64,000 nt of DNA from Clostridiales bacterium (GTDB taxonomy: Bacteria; Bacillota; Clostridia; Oscillospirales; Oscillospiraceae). Position numbers and translations under genes: made by a program. Each line of letters begins with the position of its first letter. Positions within the stretch are counted from its first letter, which is position 1. The stretch covers positions 43,561 through 107,560 of the forward strand of contig JAAVHT010000023.1 in NCBI GenBank assembly GCA_014799565.1, given 5' to 3'. This document shows positions 20,083-30,363 of the stretch, one piece after another. A model generated the notes under the pieces. The model was not told the DNA's origin, did not search any database, and was given only the letters and a program-made list of their open reading frames with translations.

Positions 20083-20397
20083 TTAGCGTTTCTGCTGTAA
20101 TTTAAGATTCTCCCGCTTCGCCTCGCTCAGCTCCGACTTCAGCTTGGAGTTTTCCTCCAGCAGATCCTTGATCTGACGGCGCAGGTTTATCGACGCCTCC
20201 TGCTCCTTGAAGCGGTCGTCGGCAATGTTGATGGCGGTGAGAATGGCGCAGTCCATCTGGGACACGCCGCCGGCCTTGCCCGTCTCCTTCAGCTTCTCGT
20301 TGACATAGGCTGCCACCCGGTGGACATAGTTTTCATCCTCCGCGGCCAGCAGCGTGTATTTCAATCCACCTACGGTCACAGTGACGCGGTTTTGCAT
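20083..20397 (-). CDS. zapA: Cell division protein ZapA
   Basis: NRVTVTVGGLKYTL...VAAYVNEK...AILTAINIADD followed by a coiled coil. Confidence 0.88.
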   Translation of the reverse strand: MQNRVTVTVGGLKYTLLAAEDENYVHRVAAYVNEKLKETGKAGGVSQMDCAILTAINIADDRFKEQEASINLRRQIKDLLEENSKLKSELSEAKRENLKLQQKR

Positions 20398-20585
20398 GGC
20401 GCTCCCCTCCTGCACAATAATTCACCCTATAGTATAACATAACCTGAGAAAAAAGGAAATGAAAAAAGTATAAATCCAGGGGCATTTTTTCAGCAGCCCG
20501 CGCCTTGATTTTCTCCCTGCGCTGTGGTATCATTTCTCATCATATCCCGGATGGGAACGAACGCCGGAAAGGAGCTGCTTCAATA

Positions 20586-20864
20586 ATGGAGGACAAACAA
20601 GCCCGCGCGGCCGCGCGGAAACAGGCGCTCAAGGAGCTGCTGGAGGGCGTTGGTATGATCGTGCTCGCGGCGGTGTGCAGGCTGCTGGCCGGGGATCTCA
20701 ACTTCGTGGAAGGGGTGACGACCCGGTATGAGGGCCAGTCCTATATGTACTTGATGGCGGCCGCCGCAGGGCTGCTGATCGTCGGTGCGGTGCTTGTGGT
20801 GGTGGGGCTGGTGCATCTGGTGAAGGCGGGCAAAAGCGGCAAGGACACCAAACAGGGACAGTGA
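20586..20864 (+). CDS. Small hypothetical membrane protein (2 TM)
   Basis: AAAGGAG RBS; two hydrophobic helices. Confidence 0.6.
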   Translation: MEDKQARAAARKQALKELLEGVGMIVLAAVCRLLAGDLNFVEGVTTRYEGQSYMYLMAAAAGLLIVGAVLVVVGLVHLVKAGKSGKDTKQGQ

Positions 20865-20928
20865 TTCGTGTTTTCGGCAGCCCGCTCCTTGACAGCGGGG
20901 GGAAAACATGATAAAGTGACTGGGAATC

Positions 20929-21149
20929 AGTGATGACGGAGAACAGTACCCCGCGCCGGGGCATCAGAGAGGGGACGGACGGTGCAAGTCCCCCGAAGGC
21001 GCGGCGGGAAGGCGCTCCCGAGCCCGGGCAGGAAATGGCCCGGCGGCTCCCGCCGTTACCGGGCAAGAGTGCGGGCAAAGGCCCGAATTCAGGTGGAACC
21101 GCGGACGGTTTTGTTCGCCCTGAGCCAAGCCGGCTCAGGGCGTTTTTTC
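20929..21149 (+). ncRNA. Glycine T-box riboswitch
   Basis: AGTA, AGAGA and GGTGCAA stem I motifs; specifier GGC (21011); T-box AGGTGGAACCGCG, whose UGGA fits tRNA-Gly U73; terminator 21116-21148; promoter TTGACA(20889)-17-TAAAGT. Confidence 0.93.
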
Positions 21150-21168
21150 ATCGCAGGGAGGGAATGCT

Positions 21169-22203
21169 ATGGAAGCAAACACCAGGGATCCGGGGCTGGA
21201 CGTGGTGCGGTCGCTGGCCATTGTATTCGTGCTGGTCATCCACACCGCTGGCGCCGGCCTGACCCAGACCCCCGGCTCCTTTGACTGGTGGGGCGCTTTG
21301 CTGTGGGGAGCCCCCGCCCGGCCCGCAGTGCCGCTGTTTTTCATGTGCAGCGGTGCGCTGATGCTGTGCCGGGACATCACGCCCCGGCGGATCTTTACGC
21401 ACAATATGCCCCGCATCCTGTGCGCCATGTTCGCCTGGGCCTTCCTCTACCGCCTCGCCGCCCTGCTGGACGACGGCTTCACCATGGCGGGGCTGTGGGA
21501 CGCGGTGAAGCGCACGGTCCTGTTCCAGCACGAGTTCCACTTCTACTATCTGCATATGCTGATCCTGGTTTACGCTTTTCTCCCTGTGGCGTGGGTGTTC
21601 GTGCGCTCCGCCTCCCGGCGGGAGCTGGAGTATCTGCTGGGGCTGTGGATGATAACGGGCATCCTGATTCCCACGCTGATCAACTTCTGGCCCTTTACCC
21701 TGGTGGAGCCGCTGGAGCTGCGGTATAAGATGGGCAAGGCCTACTCCTGCATCGGCTACGCCCTGCTGGGGCACTATCTGCGGCAGTATGGCGGTTCCAT
21801 CAAGCGGCGCTGGTACGCGCTGGCCCTCCTGGCCGGACTGGCCGTCACCTTCGGGGGCTGCGCCGCCCTATCCCTGCGCGGCGGGGCGCTGAACGACATC
21901 TTCCTGGAGGGGATGTCCCCCGGGCCCATGCTCACCGCCCTGGGACTGTTCGGGCTGGTTATCACCCGGAAGGAGTGGCCCGCCCCGGTGGTGAAGGTCA
22001 CCGGCCGACTGGCCCGGGCCTCCTTCTGCATCTACCTGGTGCACGTCCTGTTCCAGCGGCTGTTCCTCCGGCTGGGGGTCAGCGCCGGAGCCTCCCCCTG
22101 CGTGCTGTCCATCCCCTTCGTGTGCCTGCTGCTGCTGGCGGCGGGCTGGCTCACCTGGGAGGTGCTGCACCGCATCCCCATCGTGAAAACCTATCTCGTA
22201 TGA
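21169..22203 (+). CDS. Acyltransferase-3 family membrane O-acyltransferase (YiaH/WecH-like)
   Basis: [42 protein letters not shown]; about 10 TM helices. Confidence 0.88.
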   Translation: MEANTRDPGLDVVRSLAIVFVLVIHTAGAGLTQTPGSFDWWGALLWGAPARPAVPLFFMCSGALMLCRDITPRRIFTHNMPRILCAMFAWAFLYRLAALLDDGFTMAGLWDAVKRTVLFQHEFHFYYLHMLILVYAFLPVAWVFVRSASRRELEYLLGLWMITGILIPTLINFWPFTLVEPLELRYKMGKAYSCIGYALLGHYLRQYGGSIKRRWYALALLAGLAVTFGGCAALSLRGGALNDIFLEGMSPGPMLTALGLFGLVITRKEWPAPVVKVTGRLARASFCIYLVHVLFQRLFLRLGVSAGASPCVLSIPFVCLLLLAAGWLTWEVLHRIPIVKTYLV

Positions 22204-22234
22204 ACCCATCCAATTATATAAAGGAGCGCTTATC

Positions 22235-23662
22235 ATGATGAAAAACAGTGAAAAGTCTATGGAAAAAATTGTGGCCCTGTGCAAGGGCCGGGGCTTCATC
22301 TTCGCCGGTTCCGAGATCTACGGGGGCCTGGCCAACACCTGGGACTACGGCCCCCTGGGCGTGGAGCTGAAAAACAACGTGAAAAAAGCCTGGTGGAAAA
22401 AGTTCGTCCAGGAGAACCCCTACAACGTGGGCCTGGACGCCGCCATCCTCATGAATCCCCAGGTGTGGGTGGCCTCCGGCCACGTGGGCGGCTTCTCCGA
22501 CCCGCTGATGGACTGCAAGGAGTGCCACGAGCGCTTCCGCGCCGACAAGGTCATCGAGGACTGGTGTGCTGAGAATAACTTCGAGCTGGGCCACAGCGTG
22601 GACGCCATGAGCCAGGCTGAGATGAAGGCGTTTGTGGATGAGCACCAGATCGCCTGCCCCACCTGCGGCAAGTTCAACTGGACCGACATCCGCCAGTTCA
22701 ACCTGATGTTCAAGACCTTCCAGGGAGTTACCGAGGACGCCAAAAACACCGTGTACCTCCGCCCCGAGACCGCCCAGGGCATCTTCACCAACTTCGTCAA
22801 CGTCCAGCGCTCCACCCGGCGCAAGCTGCCCTTCGGCATCGGCCAGATCGGCAAGAGCTTCCGCAACGAGATCACCCCGGGCAACTTCATCTTCCGCACC
22901 CGGGAGTTTGAGCAGATGGAGCTGGAGTTCTTCTGCCAGCCCGGCACCGAGCTGGAGTGGTTCGCTTACTGGAAAAACTTCTGCCACCAGTGGCTGCTTG
23001 ACCTGGGCATCAAAGAGGAGAACCTGCGCCTGCGTGACCATGACCCCGAGGAGCTGTCCCACTACTCCAACGCCACCACCGACTTTGAGTTCGCCTTCCC
23101 CTTCACCGACTGGGGCGAGCTGTGGGGCGTAGCCAGCCGCACCAATTTCGACCTGAACGCCCACCAGACCACCTCCGGCAAGGATCTGACCTATTACGAT
23201 CAGGATAAGAATGAGCACTATATCCCCTACGTTATCGAGCCCTCCCTGGGCGTGGAGCGGATGCTGCTGGCCTTCCTGTGCAACGCCTACGACGAGGAAG
23301 TGGTGGACGAGGAGAAGAACGACGTGCGCACCGTGCTGCATCTGCACCCCGCCCTGGCTCCCTTCAAGTGCGCGGTGCTCCCCCTGTCCAAGAAGCTGGG
23401 CGACAAGGCAAAGGAGATCCAGATCGAGCTGTCCAAGTACTTCATGGTGGACTATGACGACGCCGGCTCCATCGGCAAGCGCTACCGCCGCCAGGACGAG
23501 ATCGGCACTCCTTACTGCATCACCGTGGACTTTGCCACCGTGGGCGACGACAAGACCGAGGCCGACCACGCCGTCACCATCCGGGATCGGGACACCATGG
23601 AGCAGGTGCGCGTGCCCATCAGCGGTCTGAAAGCTTGGCTGGATGAAAAGCTGGCATATTAA
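22235..23662 (+). CDS. glyQS: Glycine--tRNA ligase, alpha2 type
   Basis: [53 protein letters not shown]. Confidence 0.97.
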   Translation: MMKNSEKSMEKIVALCKGRGFIFAGSEIYGGLANTWDYGPLGVELKNNVKKAWWKKFVQENPYNVGLDAAILMNPQVWVASGHVGGFSDPLMDCKECHERFRADKVIEDWCAENNFELGHSVDAMSQAEMKAFVDEHQIACPTCGKFNWTDIRQFNLMFKTFQGVTEDAKNTVYLRPETAQGIFTNFVNVQRSTRRKLPFGIGQIGKSFRNEITPGNFIFRTREFEQMELEFFCQPGTELEWFAYWKNFCHQWLLDLGIKEENLRLRDHDPEELSHYSNATTDFEFAFPFTDWGELWGVASRTNFDLNAHQTTSGKDLTYYDQDKNEHYIPYVIEPSLGVERMLLAFLCNAYDEEVVDEEKNDVRTVLHLHPALAPFKCAVLPLSKKLGDKAKEIQIELSKYFMVDYDDAGSIGKRYRRQDEIGTPYCITVDFATVGDDKTEADHAVTIRDRDTMEQVRVPISGLKAWLDEKLAY

Positions 23663-23677
23663 AAATTTGTAAAAAAA

Positions 23678-23710
23678 TTAAGTGCCCCCGGTGCATTCCG
23701 GGGGCACTTA
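23678..23710 (+). terminator. Hairpin after glyQS
   Basis: taagtgcccccgg / ccgggggcactta; weak T tail. Confidence 0.55.
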
Positions 23711-23791
23711 TGATATACTATGCTGATCGAATAGCAGCCTTTCCCCGCTTTGTGGGGGCAAGTTCAGGCTGTTTGTGATTGGAGGCCGCAA

Positions 23792-25660
23792 ATGAAACAC
23801 TTTTTCTCATATTTTCTATTCCAGACCCGGCCGGAGGAAACGCTCACCTCCCGGCAGAGGGTGGTATTTTGGCTGTGGAACGCCCTGCTCACCGCCGGGG
23901 CGGCGGTGGTGCTGGGGCTGGCCTCGCTGCTGCTGGCCACCGGCAACGCCAGCGCCCGGGTGATGTTTATGGACTATCTGCGCCATCCGGCACTGGTGGC
24001 CCTCAATCTGCTGCCCCCGCTGCTGCTGATGGCGCTGCTGTATGGCGCCACGGGCCGGGCCTGGGTGGCCTACCTGATCACAGCCCTGCCCGTGCTGGGG
24101 CTGTCCCTGGGCAACTACTACAAGCTGATGTTCCGGGACGACCCCGTCCTGGCCTCCGACCTGCTCATTCTGGGGGAGGCGGGGAAGATGGCGGGAAAAT
24201 ACCACCTGTTCCTGGATCGCAAGCTGGTGGCGGCGCTGCTGCCCGTCCTTGTGGTTGGGGTGGCGCTGTTCCTGCTGGTTCGGGGCAGGCCGCGCCTGCC
24301 TGTCCGGGGCGGAACCGCGGCCGCGGCGCTGATCGCCTCCCTCGCCCTGATCCCAGTGTATGGCAGCGACAACACCTATAACAAAAACGCCAACACAGAT
24401 CACATCAACCCATGGTCCGCCACCCAGCAGTATATTTCCCGGGGGCTGATGTATCCCTTCCTCCACAGCATCAAGACCGCCATGCCCACCCCGCCGGAGG
24501 GCTACTCGGAGCGGGAGGCCGCCGCGATGCTGGCTGAATATCAGGACGCCGACATCCCGGAGGATAAGAAGGTCAACATCGTGGGCGTTATGCTGGAGGC
24601 CTTTGCCGATTTCTCCGCGTATGAGTGTATTGAATTTCAACAGGACGTGTATGCCGTCTACCACGCCCTGGAGGCGGAGAGCTATACCGGGAACCTGCTG
24701 ACCAACATCTTTGCCGGGGGCACGGTGGACACCGAGCGGGCGTTCCTCACCGGCATGGCCCCCGACGACATCAACTACCGCTCCAACACCTCGTCCTATG
24801 CGTGGTATCTGAAAAGCCAGGGCTACCAGACCTCGGGCGACCACCCCAGCAACAGTTGGTTCTACAACCGGGTGAACATCAACTCCTACCTGGGCTTTGA
24901 CCAGTACCGCTTCGCGGAAAATCACTACACCGCGCTGACCGGGGAGGACACCGCCTGGGATTACACCTTCTTCCCAGAACTCACCGGCTCCGTTCTGGAG
25001 CAGCTGGGGGATGACGCGCCGCTGTTCTCCTTCTCTGTGTCCTATCAGGGCCACGGGCCCTACGGCGACTACGAGTGCTGGTGGGGCGAGGTGGATGACT
25101 ATGTGGCCAACCACGACCTGGCCCAGGAGGACCGCACCATTTTGGCCAACTATTTTGGATCGGTGATGAGCACCCAATACTACCTGTCCGAAATGGTGAA
25201 CGTGTTCCGAACCATGGACGAGCCCATCGTGGTGGTGGTGTTCGGCGACCACAAGCCCTGGCTGGGCAACAGCAACAGCGTGTACAACGCGCTGGGCATC
25301 GACCTGTCCCGGTATTCGGTGGAGAGCTTTTACAACTACTGGTCCACCCGCTACCTCATCTGGGCCAACGACGCGGCCAAGGAGATCATCGGCCACGATA
25401 TGGTGGGCGAGGGGCCGGACATCTCCCCCTGCTTCCTGATGAATGTGCTGTTCGAGCAGCTGGGCTGGGAGGGAGACGGCTATATGCAGGCGGTGGAGCC
25501 GATTCGCCAGGAGCTGCCTATGGTTCACCGCTACGGCTCATACCTCACCGCGGACGGGGAGCTGACCCTGAACCCCACCGAGGAGCAGGCGGAGCTGGCC
25601 CACAGATTCCACAGCCTGGAGTATTACCGGGCCCACCACTTTTCCGGGAAAACAGGCTGA
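23792..25660 (+). CDS. LTA synthase/sulfatase family membrane protein
   Basis: N-terminal TM helices; MLEAF, GGTVDTE (catalytic Thr), HGPY, FGDHKP. Confidence 0.88.
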   Translation: MKHFFSYFLFQTRPEETLTSRQRVVFWLWNALLTAGAAVVLGLASLLLATGNASARVMFMDYLRHPALVALNLLPPLLLMALLYGATGRAWVAYLITALPVLGLSLGNYYKLMFRDDPVLASDLLILGEAGKMAGKYHLFLDRKLVAALLPVLVVGVALFLLVRGRPRLPVRGGTAAAALIASLALIPVYGSDNTYNKNANTDHINPWSATQQYISRGLMYPFLHSIKTAMPTPPEGYSEREAAAMLAEYQDADIPEDKKVNIVGVMLEAFADFSAYECIEFQQDVYAVYHALEAESYTGNLLTNIFAGGTVDTERAFLTGMAPDDINYRSNTSSYAWYLKSQGYQTSGDHPSNSWFYNRVNINSYLGFDQYRFAENHYTALTGEDTAWDYTFFPELTGSVLEQLGDDAPLFSFSVSYQGHGPYGDYECWWGEVDDYVANHDLAQEDRTILANYFGSVMSTQYYLSEMVNVFRTMDEPIVVVVFGDHKPWLGNSNSVYNALGIDLSRYSVESFYNYWSTRYLIWANDAAKEIIGHDMVGEGPDISPCFLMNVLFEQLGWEGDGYMQAVEPIRQELPMVHRYGSYLTADGELTLNPTEEQAELAHRFHSLEYYRAHHFSGKTG

Positions 25661-25698
25661 AACCCCTTGACTTTTGAAAAACCGGCTGATATACTACT

Positions 25699-25775
25699 AG
25701 GGCCGCATTGACCGGGTGTGGTGTGTCCACAGAAAAGAGGGCTGAGTCCCCGCCCCCGACAGCGAGCCCGTAATA
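25699..25775 (+). ncRNA. Probable ribosomal protein L21 leader
   Basis: Structured 5' UTR (ccgca...ggt...gcgagcc) between promoter TTGACT(25667)-17-TATACT and rplU. Confidence 0.5.
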
Positions 25776-25795
25776 AAGGAAAGGCAGGTGCAGAT

Positions 25796-26107
25796 ATGCA
25801 CGCAATCATCGAAACCGGCGGCAAGCAGTACAAGGTGGCCGAGGGCGACACCCTCTACATCGAGAAGCTGAATGTGGAAGCCGGCGAGTCCGTCACCTTC
25901 GACAAGGTTCTGGCCGTCCTGGACGGCGACAACGCCAAGTTCGGCGCTCCCACCGTGGACGGCGCCTCCGTCACCGCCAACGTGGTGAAGAACGGCAAGG
26001 GCAAAAAGGTGCTGGTGTTCAAGTACAAGCCCAAGAAGAACTACCGCCGCCGTCAGGGCCATCGTCAGCCCTACACCAAGGTGGAGATCACCAAGGTCAA
26101 CGCCTGA
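25796..26107 (+). CDS. rplU: 50S ribosomal protein L21
   Basis: [12 protein letters not shown]...GHRQPYT. Confidence 0.98.
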   Translation: MHAIIETGGKQYKVAEGDTLYIEKLNVEAGESVTFDKVLAVLDGDNAKFGAPTVDGASVTANVVKNGKGKKVLVFKYKPKKNYRRRQGHRQPYTKVEITKVNA

Positions 26108-26118
26108 GGGATCCGGCT

Positions 26119-26469
26119 ATGACTACCGTAACCTTCCACAGCGCAAAGAGCCGCCTGGACGGCTTTGTGGTGGAGGGCCACAGCGGGTACGCCGAGGAGG
26201 GCAGCGATATCGTCTGCGCCGCCGTCTCCGCCGCCGTGGGGCTCACCGAGTGCACCATCAATGAGGTGATGGCCCTCGGCGCCCAGGTGAAGGTCAAGGA
26301 GAAGGACGCCCGCATCTCCCTCAAGCTCCCCCCCGCCCTGAATGACCCCAGCGACGATCTGTGCCAGACGGTTCTGACCGGTATGCTGGTCTATCTCCAG
26401 GCCATGGCGGAGGAATATCCCGAAAATCTCATTGTCCTGCTGGACGATGATGACGACGATGAGGACTAA
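26119..26469 (+). CDS. prp: Ribosomal-processing cysteine protease Prp
   Basis: GHSGY...DIVCAAVS; lies between rplU and rpmA. Confidence 0.93.
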   Translation: MTTVTFHSAKSRLDGFVVEGHSGYAEEGSDIVCAAVSAAVGLTECTINEVMALGAQVKVKEKDARISLKLPPALNDPSDDLCQTVLTGMLVYLQAMAEEYPENLIVLLDDDDDDED

Positions 26470-26506
26470 GATCCTTTAACCTTTAACAGAAAGGACGGAA
26501 ACGACT

Positions 26507-26791
26507 ATGCTGAAGCTCAACATCCAGTTCTTCGCCCATAAAAAGGGCGGCGGCTCCACTAAGAACGGCCGTGACTCCCAGGCCAAGCGTCTGGGCGTGA
26601 AGCGCGCCGACGGCCAGTTCGTGCTGGCGGGCAACATCCTGGTGCGCCAGCGCGGCACCCACATCCACCCCGGCGTCAACGTGGGCAAGGGCAGCGACGA
26701 CACCCTGTTCGCCCTCAAGGACGGCAAGGTGAAGTTCGAGCGCCTGGGCAAGGATCGCAAGCAGGTTTCTATTGTTGAAATCGCGCAGTAA
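26507..26791 (+). CDS. rpmA: 50S ribosomal protein L27 with cleavable N-terminal extension
   Basis: [24 protein letters not shown]. Confidence 0.98.
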   Translation: MLKLNIQFFAHKKGGGSTKNGRDSQAKRLGVKRADGQFVLAGNILVRQRGTHIHPGVNVGKGSDDTLFALKDGKVKFERLGKDRKQVSIVEIAQ

Positions 26792-26800
26792 GAATTGCCA

Positions 26801-26836
26801 AAAAGCCGCAAGCGGGGAACCGTTTGCGGCTTTTTT
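26801..26836 (+). terminator. Intrinsic terminator
   Basis: aaaagccgcaagcgg / ccgtttgcggctttttt. Confidence 0.75.
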
Positions 26837-26860
26837 GATGGAAAGGAGTATAAATTCGAA

Positions 26861-27043
26861 ATGAGAAAGCAGTTACAGGGGATAGCGTTTATTCTATTTG
26901 GAATGCTATTGGTACTAATTGCTATGCTTGACCCATGGGTTCCCATTTTGGACGGAGCTGTACAGCCGCTTTTGCTTTTGCTGGGACTGGTCATGGGAAT
27001 TGTGGGGCTGGCGCTCAGTCTTTCAAAAGATAAAACGTCTTAA
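26861..27043 (+). CDS. Small AT-rich 2-TM hypothetical protein
   Basis: GAAAGGAG RBS; MRKQLQGIAFILFGMLL...; noticeably AT-richer than neighbouring genes. Confidence 0.6.
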   Translation: MRKQLQGIAFILFGMLLVLIAMLDPWVPILDGAVQPLLLLLGLVMGIVGLALSLSKDKTS

Positions 27044-27166
27044 GGATATACCCGCTATCGATTCTGATATTTGTCAATAGGGTACAGTTTAAAGTTTCTT
27101 TTTTTGCTTCTTTTTTCTTTTCAAAGAAAAAAAGAAGGCCCTTAACTACGAACCAAGGAGGTCTTT

Positions 27167-28450
27167 ATGGCCAATCAATTCATCGACACCGCCCGCATCA
27201 CCGTCCGGGCGGGAGCCGGCGGCGGCGGCGCGGTGGCCTTCCACCGGGAGAAGTACGTGGCCGCCGGCGGCCCCGACGGCGGCGACGGCGGGCGCGGCGG
27301 CGACATCATCCTGCGGGTGGATCCCCATATGTCCACCCTGATGGACTTCCGCTACAAGCGCAAATACGTGGCCGAAAACGGCAAGGACGGCCAGGGCAAG
27401 CGCTGCTCCGGCAAGGACGGCAATGACCTTGTGATCCGGGTGCCCCGCGGCACAGTGGTGCGCGACCTGGAAACCAAAGAGATCATCTGCGATATGTCCA
27501 GCGAGGAGGACTTCGTGCTGGCCCGGGGCGGCAACGGCGGCTGGGGCAACCAGCACTTCGCCACCCCCACCCGACAGGTGCCCCGCTTTGCCAAGGCGGG
27601 CCTGCCCGGACAGTACCGGGAAGTCCTGCTGGAGCTGAAGCTGCTGGCTGACGTGGGGCTGGTGGGCTTCCCCAATGTGGGCAAGTCCACCCTGCTCAGC
27701 GTGGTCACCCGGGCACAGCCCAAAATCGCCAACTACCACTTCACCACCCTCTCTCCCAACCTGGGGGTGGTGCCGGTGGACGAGGGGCAGTCCTTCGTGC
27801 TGGCCGACATCCCCGGCATCATCGAGGGCGCCGCCGACGGCGCGGGCCTGGGCCACGACTTCCTGCGGCACGTGGACCGCTGCCGCCTGCTGATCCATGT
27901 GGTGGACGTGTCCGGCTCCGAGGGGCGCGACCCTGTTGAGGACTTCGATGCCATCTGTGAGGAGCTCCAGCGCTGGTCCCCCGAGCTGGCCTCCCGGCGG
28001 ATGCTGGTGGCCGCCAACAAGGTGGACATTATGGAGGATCCCGAGCTGCTGGCAAAGCTGCGGGCTCATGTGGAGGCCAAGGGCTGTCCCCTGCTCGAGC
28101 TGTCCGCCGCCACACACAAAGGCACAAAAGAGCTGATGTACGCCGCGGCGGCGGAGCTGTCCACCCTGCCGCCGGTCATCGTATACGAGCCGACCTATGT
28201 GGAGCGGCCCCCCGAGGTGGACACATCCGAGGCCCTGGAGATCCAGCAGGACGAGGACGGCACCTGGCTGGTGGATGGGCCGTGGCTGCGCCAGCTCATG
28301 GCCAACGTGAACTTCGGCGATTACGAGAGCCGCAACTGGTTCGAGCGGCGGCTCCGGGACGCCGGGGTCTACCAGCAACTGGAGGATCTGGGCGTCCAGG
28401 ATGGGGACACCGTGTGCCTGTACAACCTGGAATTTGAATATCAGCGTTAA
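27167..28450 (+). CDS. obgE: GTPase ObgE
   Basis: GGPDGGDGGRGG, GFPNVGKST, YHFTT, DIPG, NKVD; Firmicute C-terminal domain. Confidence 0.98.
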   Translation: MANQFIDTARITVRAGAGGGGAVAFHREKYVAAGGPDGGDGGRGGDIILRVDPHMSTLMDFRYKRKYVAENGKDGQGKRCSGKDGNDLVIRVPRGTVVRDLETKEIICDMSSEEDFVLARGGNGGWGNQHFATPTRQVPRFAKAGLPGQYREVLLELKLLADVGLVGFPNVGKSTLLSVVTRAQPKIANYHFTTLSPNLGVVPVDEGQSFVLADIPGIIEGAADGAGLGHDFLRHVDRCRLLIHVVDVSGSEGRDPVEDFDAICEELQRWSPELASRRMLVAANKVDIMEDPELLAKLRAHVEAKGCPLLELSAATHKGTKELMYAAAAELSTLPPVIVYEPTYVERPPEVDTSEALEIQQDEDGTWLVDGPWLRQLMANVNFGDYESRNWFERRLRDAGVYQQLEDLGVQDGDTVCLYNLEFEYQR

Positions 28451-28465
28451 AAGAAGGCGCGTACC

Positions 28466-28885
28466 ATGAGCAGGATAAAGCTCCCCCGCAAGCTTTCCGC
28501 CAGGCAGTGGCTGGGGCTGGACGCGGCCGGTTCCTTCCTGATCGGATGCTGGATCTTTTGGCGGGCGGCCCGTCTCTCGGACAGCGACACCAGCGAGCTC
28601 GCCTTTATGGGCGGTTTCATCCTGGTGCTCTATCTGCTGCCCGTCTGTTTTCTGATGGGGCTGGCGGCGCTGCTGCTGTGGGGAGCCATGGGGGAAAAGG
28701 GCGATAAACCCTCCCGGGTGCTGACGTTTTTCGGCTCAATCCCCCATATCCTTGTGGGGGTGCTCCACTTCGGCCTGATGGAAGGCTCAACGGATGCCCT
28801 GCTGAACGTTTTGGCCGCGCTGGTGGTGGGCGCGGGCATTGCGGGAATTTGGGCGGCGCTGTTTGCCGGACGTAATAAATCATAG
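28466..28885 (+). CDS. Hypothetical membrane protein (4 TM)
   Basis: Four hydrophobic segments; directly follows obgE. Confidence 0.65.
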   Translation: MSRIKLPRKLSARQWLGLDAAGSFLIGCWIFWRAARLSDSDTSELAFMGGFILVLYLLPVCFLMGLAALLLWGAMGEKGDKPSRVLTFFGSIPHILVGVLHFGLMEGSTDALLNVLAALVVGAGIAGIWAALFAGRNKS

Positions 28886-28894
28886 TGTGAAAGC

Positions 28895-28929
28895 AAAAAG
28901 CGGCCTGTCCGGTTGGACAGGCCGCTTTG
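28895..28929. terminator. Bidirectional terminator
   Basis: aaagcggcctgtcc / ggacaggccgcttt between convergent genes. Confidence 0.75.
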
Positions 28930-28930
28930 A

Positions 28931-30199
28931 TTATTCCCTATTTCGGCTCTGGTCGTTCAGCCGGGCCTCCAGCTTGGAGTAGACGATATTTTGGCTGGAG
29001 TACAGCGAGTAATTTCCGCTGAGCAGGAAGCTGAGGGCGCAGGCCAGGGCGAAAAATTGCAGTCCGCCCCCGCCGAACAGCTCGATGGCCAGGAAGATGG
29101 AGGCCAGGGGGCAGTTCACCACGCCGCAGAACAGGGCGATCATGGAGATTGCCGCTCCGAACGCCGGATCCAGCCCCAGCAGCGGCCCCACGGCGCACCC
29201 AAAGGTGGAGCCGATGAACAAGGTCGGCACGATCTCCCCGCCCCGGAAGCCCGCCCCAAGGGTGAGGGCGGTAAACACCATTTTCAGCGCAAAGGCCCAG
29301 GGGACACGGACGTGACCCTCCAGAGCCAGCTCGATGACGCCGCCCCCGGCGCCGTTGTAGTCGCCGCTGCCCTCGATCAAGGTGAGGACGATGACCAGCG
29401 CCGCCCCCGCCAGCACCCGCAGGTACTGGTTGGGGAGATATTTTTTATAGAGGTGGTCTGTCTTGTGCATGAGTACGCAGAAGGCGATGGACACCACCGC
29501 CGCCAGAATCGCCAGCCCCCCGCATTGCAGCAGGGAGACCGGCCCCAGCTCCGGCGTTCCCAGCAGATGATACGCCTCGCCGGGCAGGCCCAGGCATTGG
29601 GGAATGGCGTTGGCGATGAGGGCGGACAGCAGGCAGGGGAACAGGGCGGCGTAGCGGAAGTGACCCACGTTGACCACCTCCAGGGCGAACACGGTGGCGG
29701 TGAGGGGCGTGCCAAACAGGGCGGAAAACAGCCCCGCCATGCCGCACTGGATGATGGTGTTCAGGCTCCGCTCTCCCAGCCGGAGCAGCCGCCCGATCCC
29801 GGCGGAGATGCTGCCGCCGATCTGGAGGGCCGCCCCCTCCCGCCCGGCGCTGCCGCCGGTGAGATGGGTGAGCACCGAGGCCAGAAAGATCAGCAGGCCC
29901 AGCCGCAGCCGAGGCCGCTCGCCCCCTCGTACACTGGCGATGATCTGGTTGGTGCCGCTGTCATTGGCCATGCCGCTCATACGGTAGCAGAACACAATGG
30001 CAAGGCCGGCCAGCGGCATACAAAACAGCAGCCAGGAGTGGGCCAGCCGCAGGGCCGTCACCTGGGCCACAGACCAGGAAAAGGCCGCCCCCGCCAGACC
30101 GCAGGCCAGCCCCGTCAATGCCGCAAGCACCAGCCACCGGCCCAGGGCCAGGATGGACGGCAGGACGGCATTAAGACGCGCCTTGAGCCTTTCCGCCAT
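28931..30199 (-). CDS. CLC-family anion channel/transporter
   Basis: GGSAGREGAALQIG, LFGTP, GFRGGEIVP, NCPLAS. Confidence 0.92.
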   Translation of the reverse strand: MAERLKARLNAVLPSILALGRWLVLAALTGLACGLAGAAFSWSVAQVTALRLAHSWLLFCMPLAGLAIVFCYRMSGMANDSGTNQIIASVRGGERPRLRLGLLIFLASVLTHLTGGSAGREGAALQIGGSISAGIGRLLRLGERSLNTIIQCGMAGLFSALFGTPLTATVFALEVVNVGHFRYAALFPCLLSALIANAIPQCLGLPGEAYHLLGTPELGPVSLLQCGGLAILAAVVSIAFCVLMHKTDHLYKKYLPNQYLRVLAGAALVIVLTLIEGSGDYNGAGGGVIELALEGHVRVPWAFALKMVFTALTLGAGFRGGEIVPTLFIGSTFGCAVGPLLGLDPAFGAAISMIALFCGVVNCPLASIFLAIELFGGGGLQFFALACALSFLLSGNYSLYSSQNIVYSKLEARLNDQSRNRE

Positions 30200-30363
30200 A
30201 TAGTTACCCCCATTTCCAGGTTCGAATTCCTTAAATATATCTTAACTATTATACCAGCTCTGTCAAGACGAAAAACTCTTGCAGATGGAGGTGTGAAGTG
30301 CTATAATACCGCTTGCGGCTCGCAAACCCGGGCTGCAGAACGAAATGTAAGGAGAGAGTTGAA

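Noticed and set aside
20398-20585. 6S RNA beside zapA
   Set aside because: The gap is short, AT-rich and explained by divergent promoters; no long 6S-like hairpin is visible.
30280-30330. gatggag near the CLC gene, resembling a fluoride riboswitch start
   Set aside because: It is on the wrong strand for the CLC gene, falls in a promoter spacer, and the downstream conserved motif is missing.
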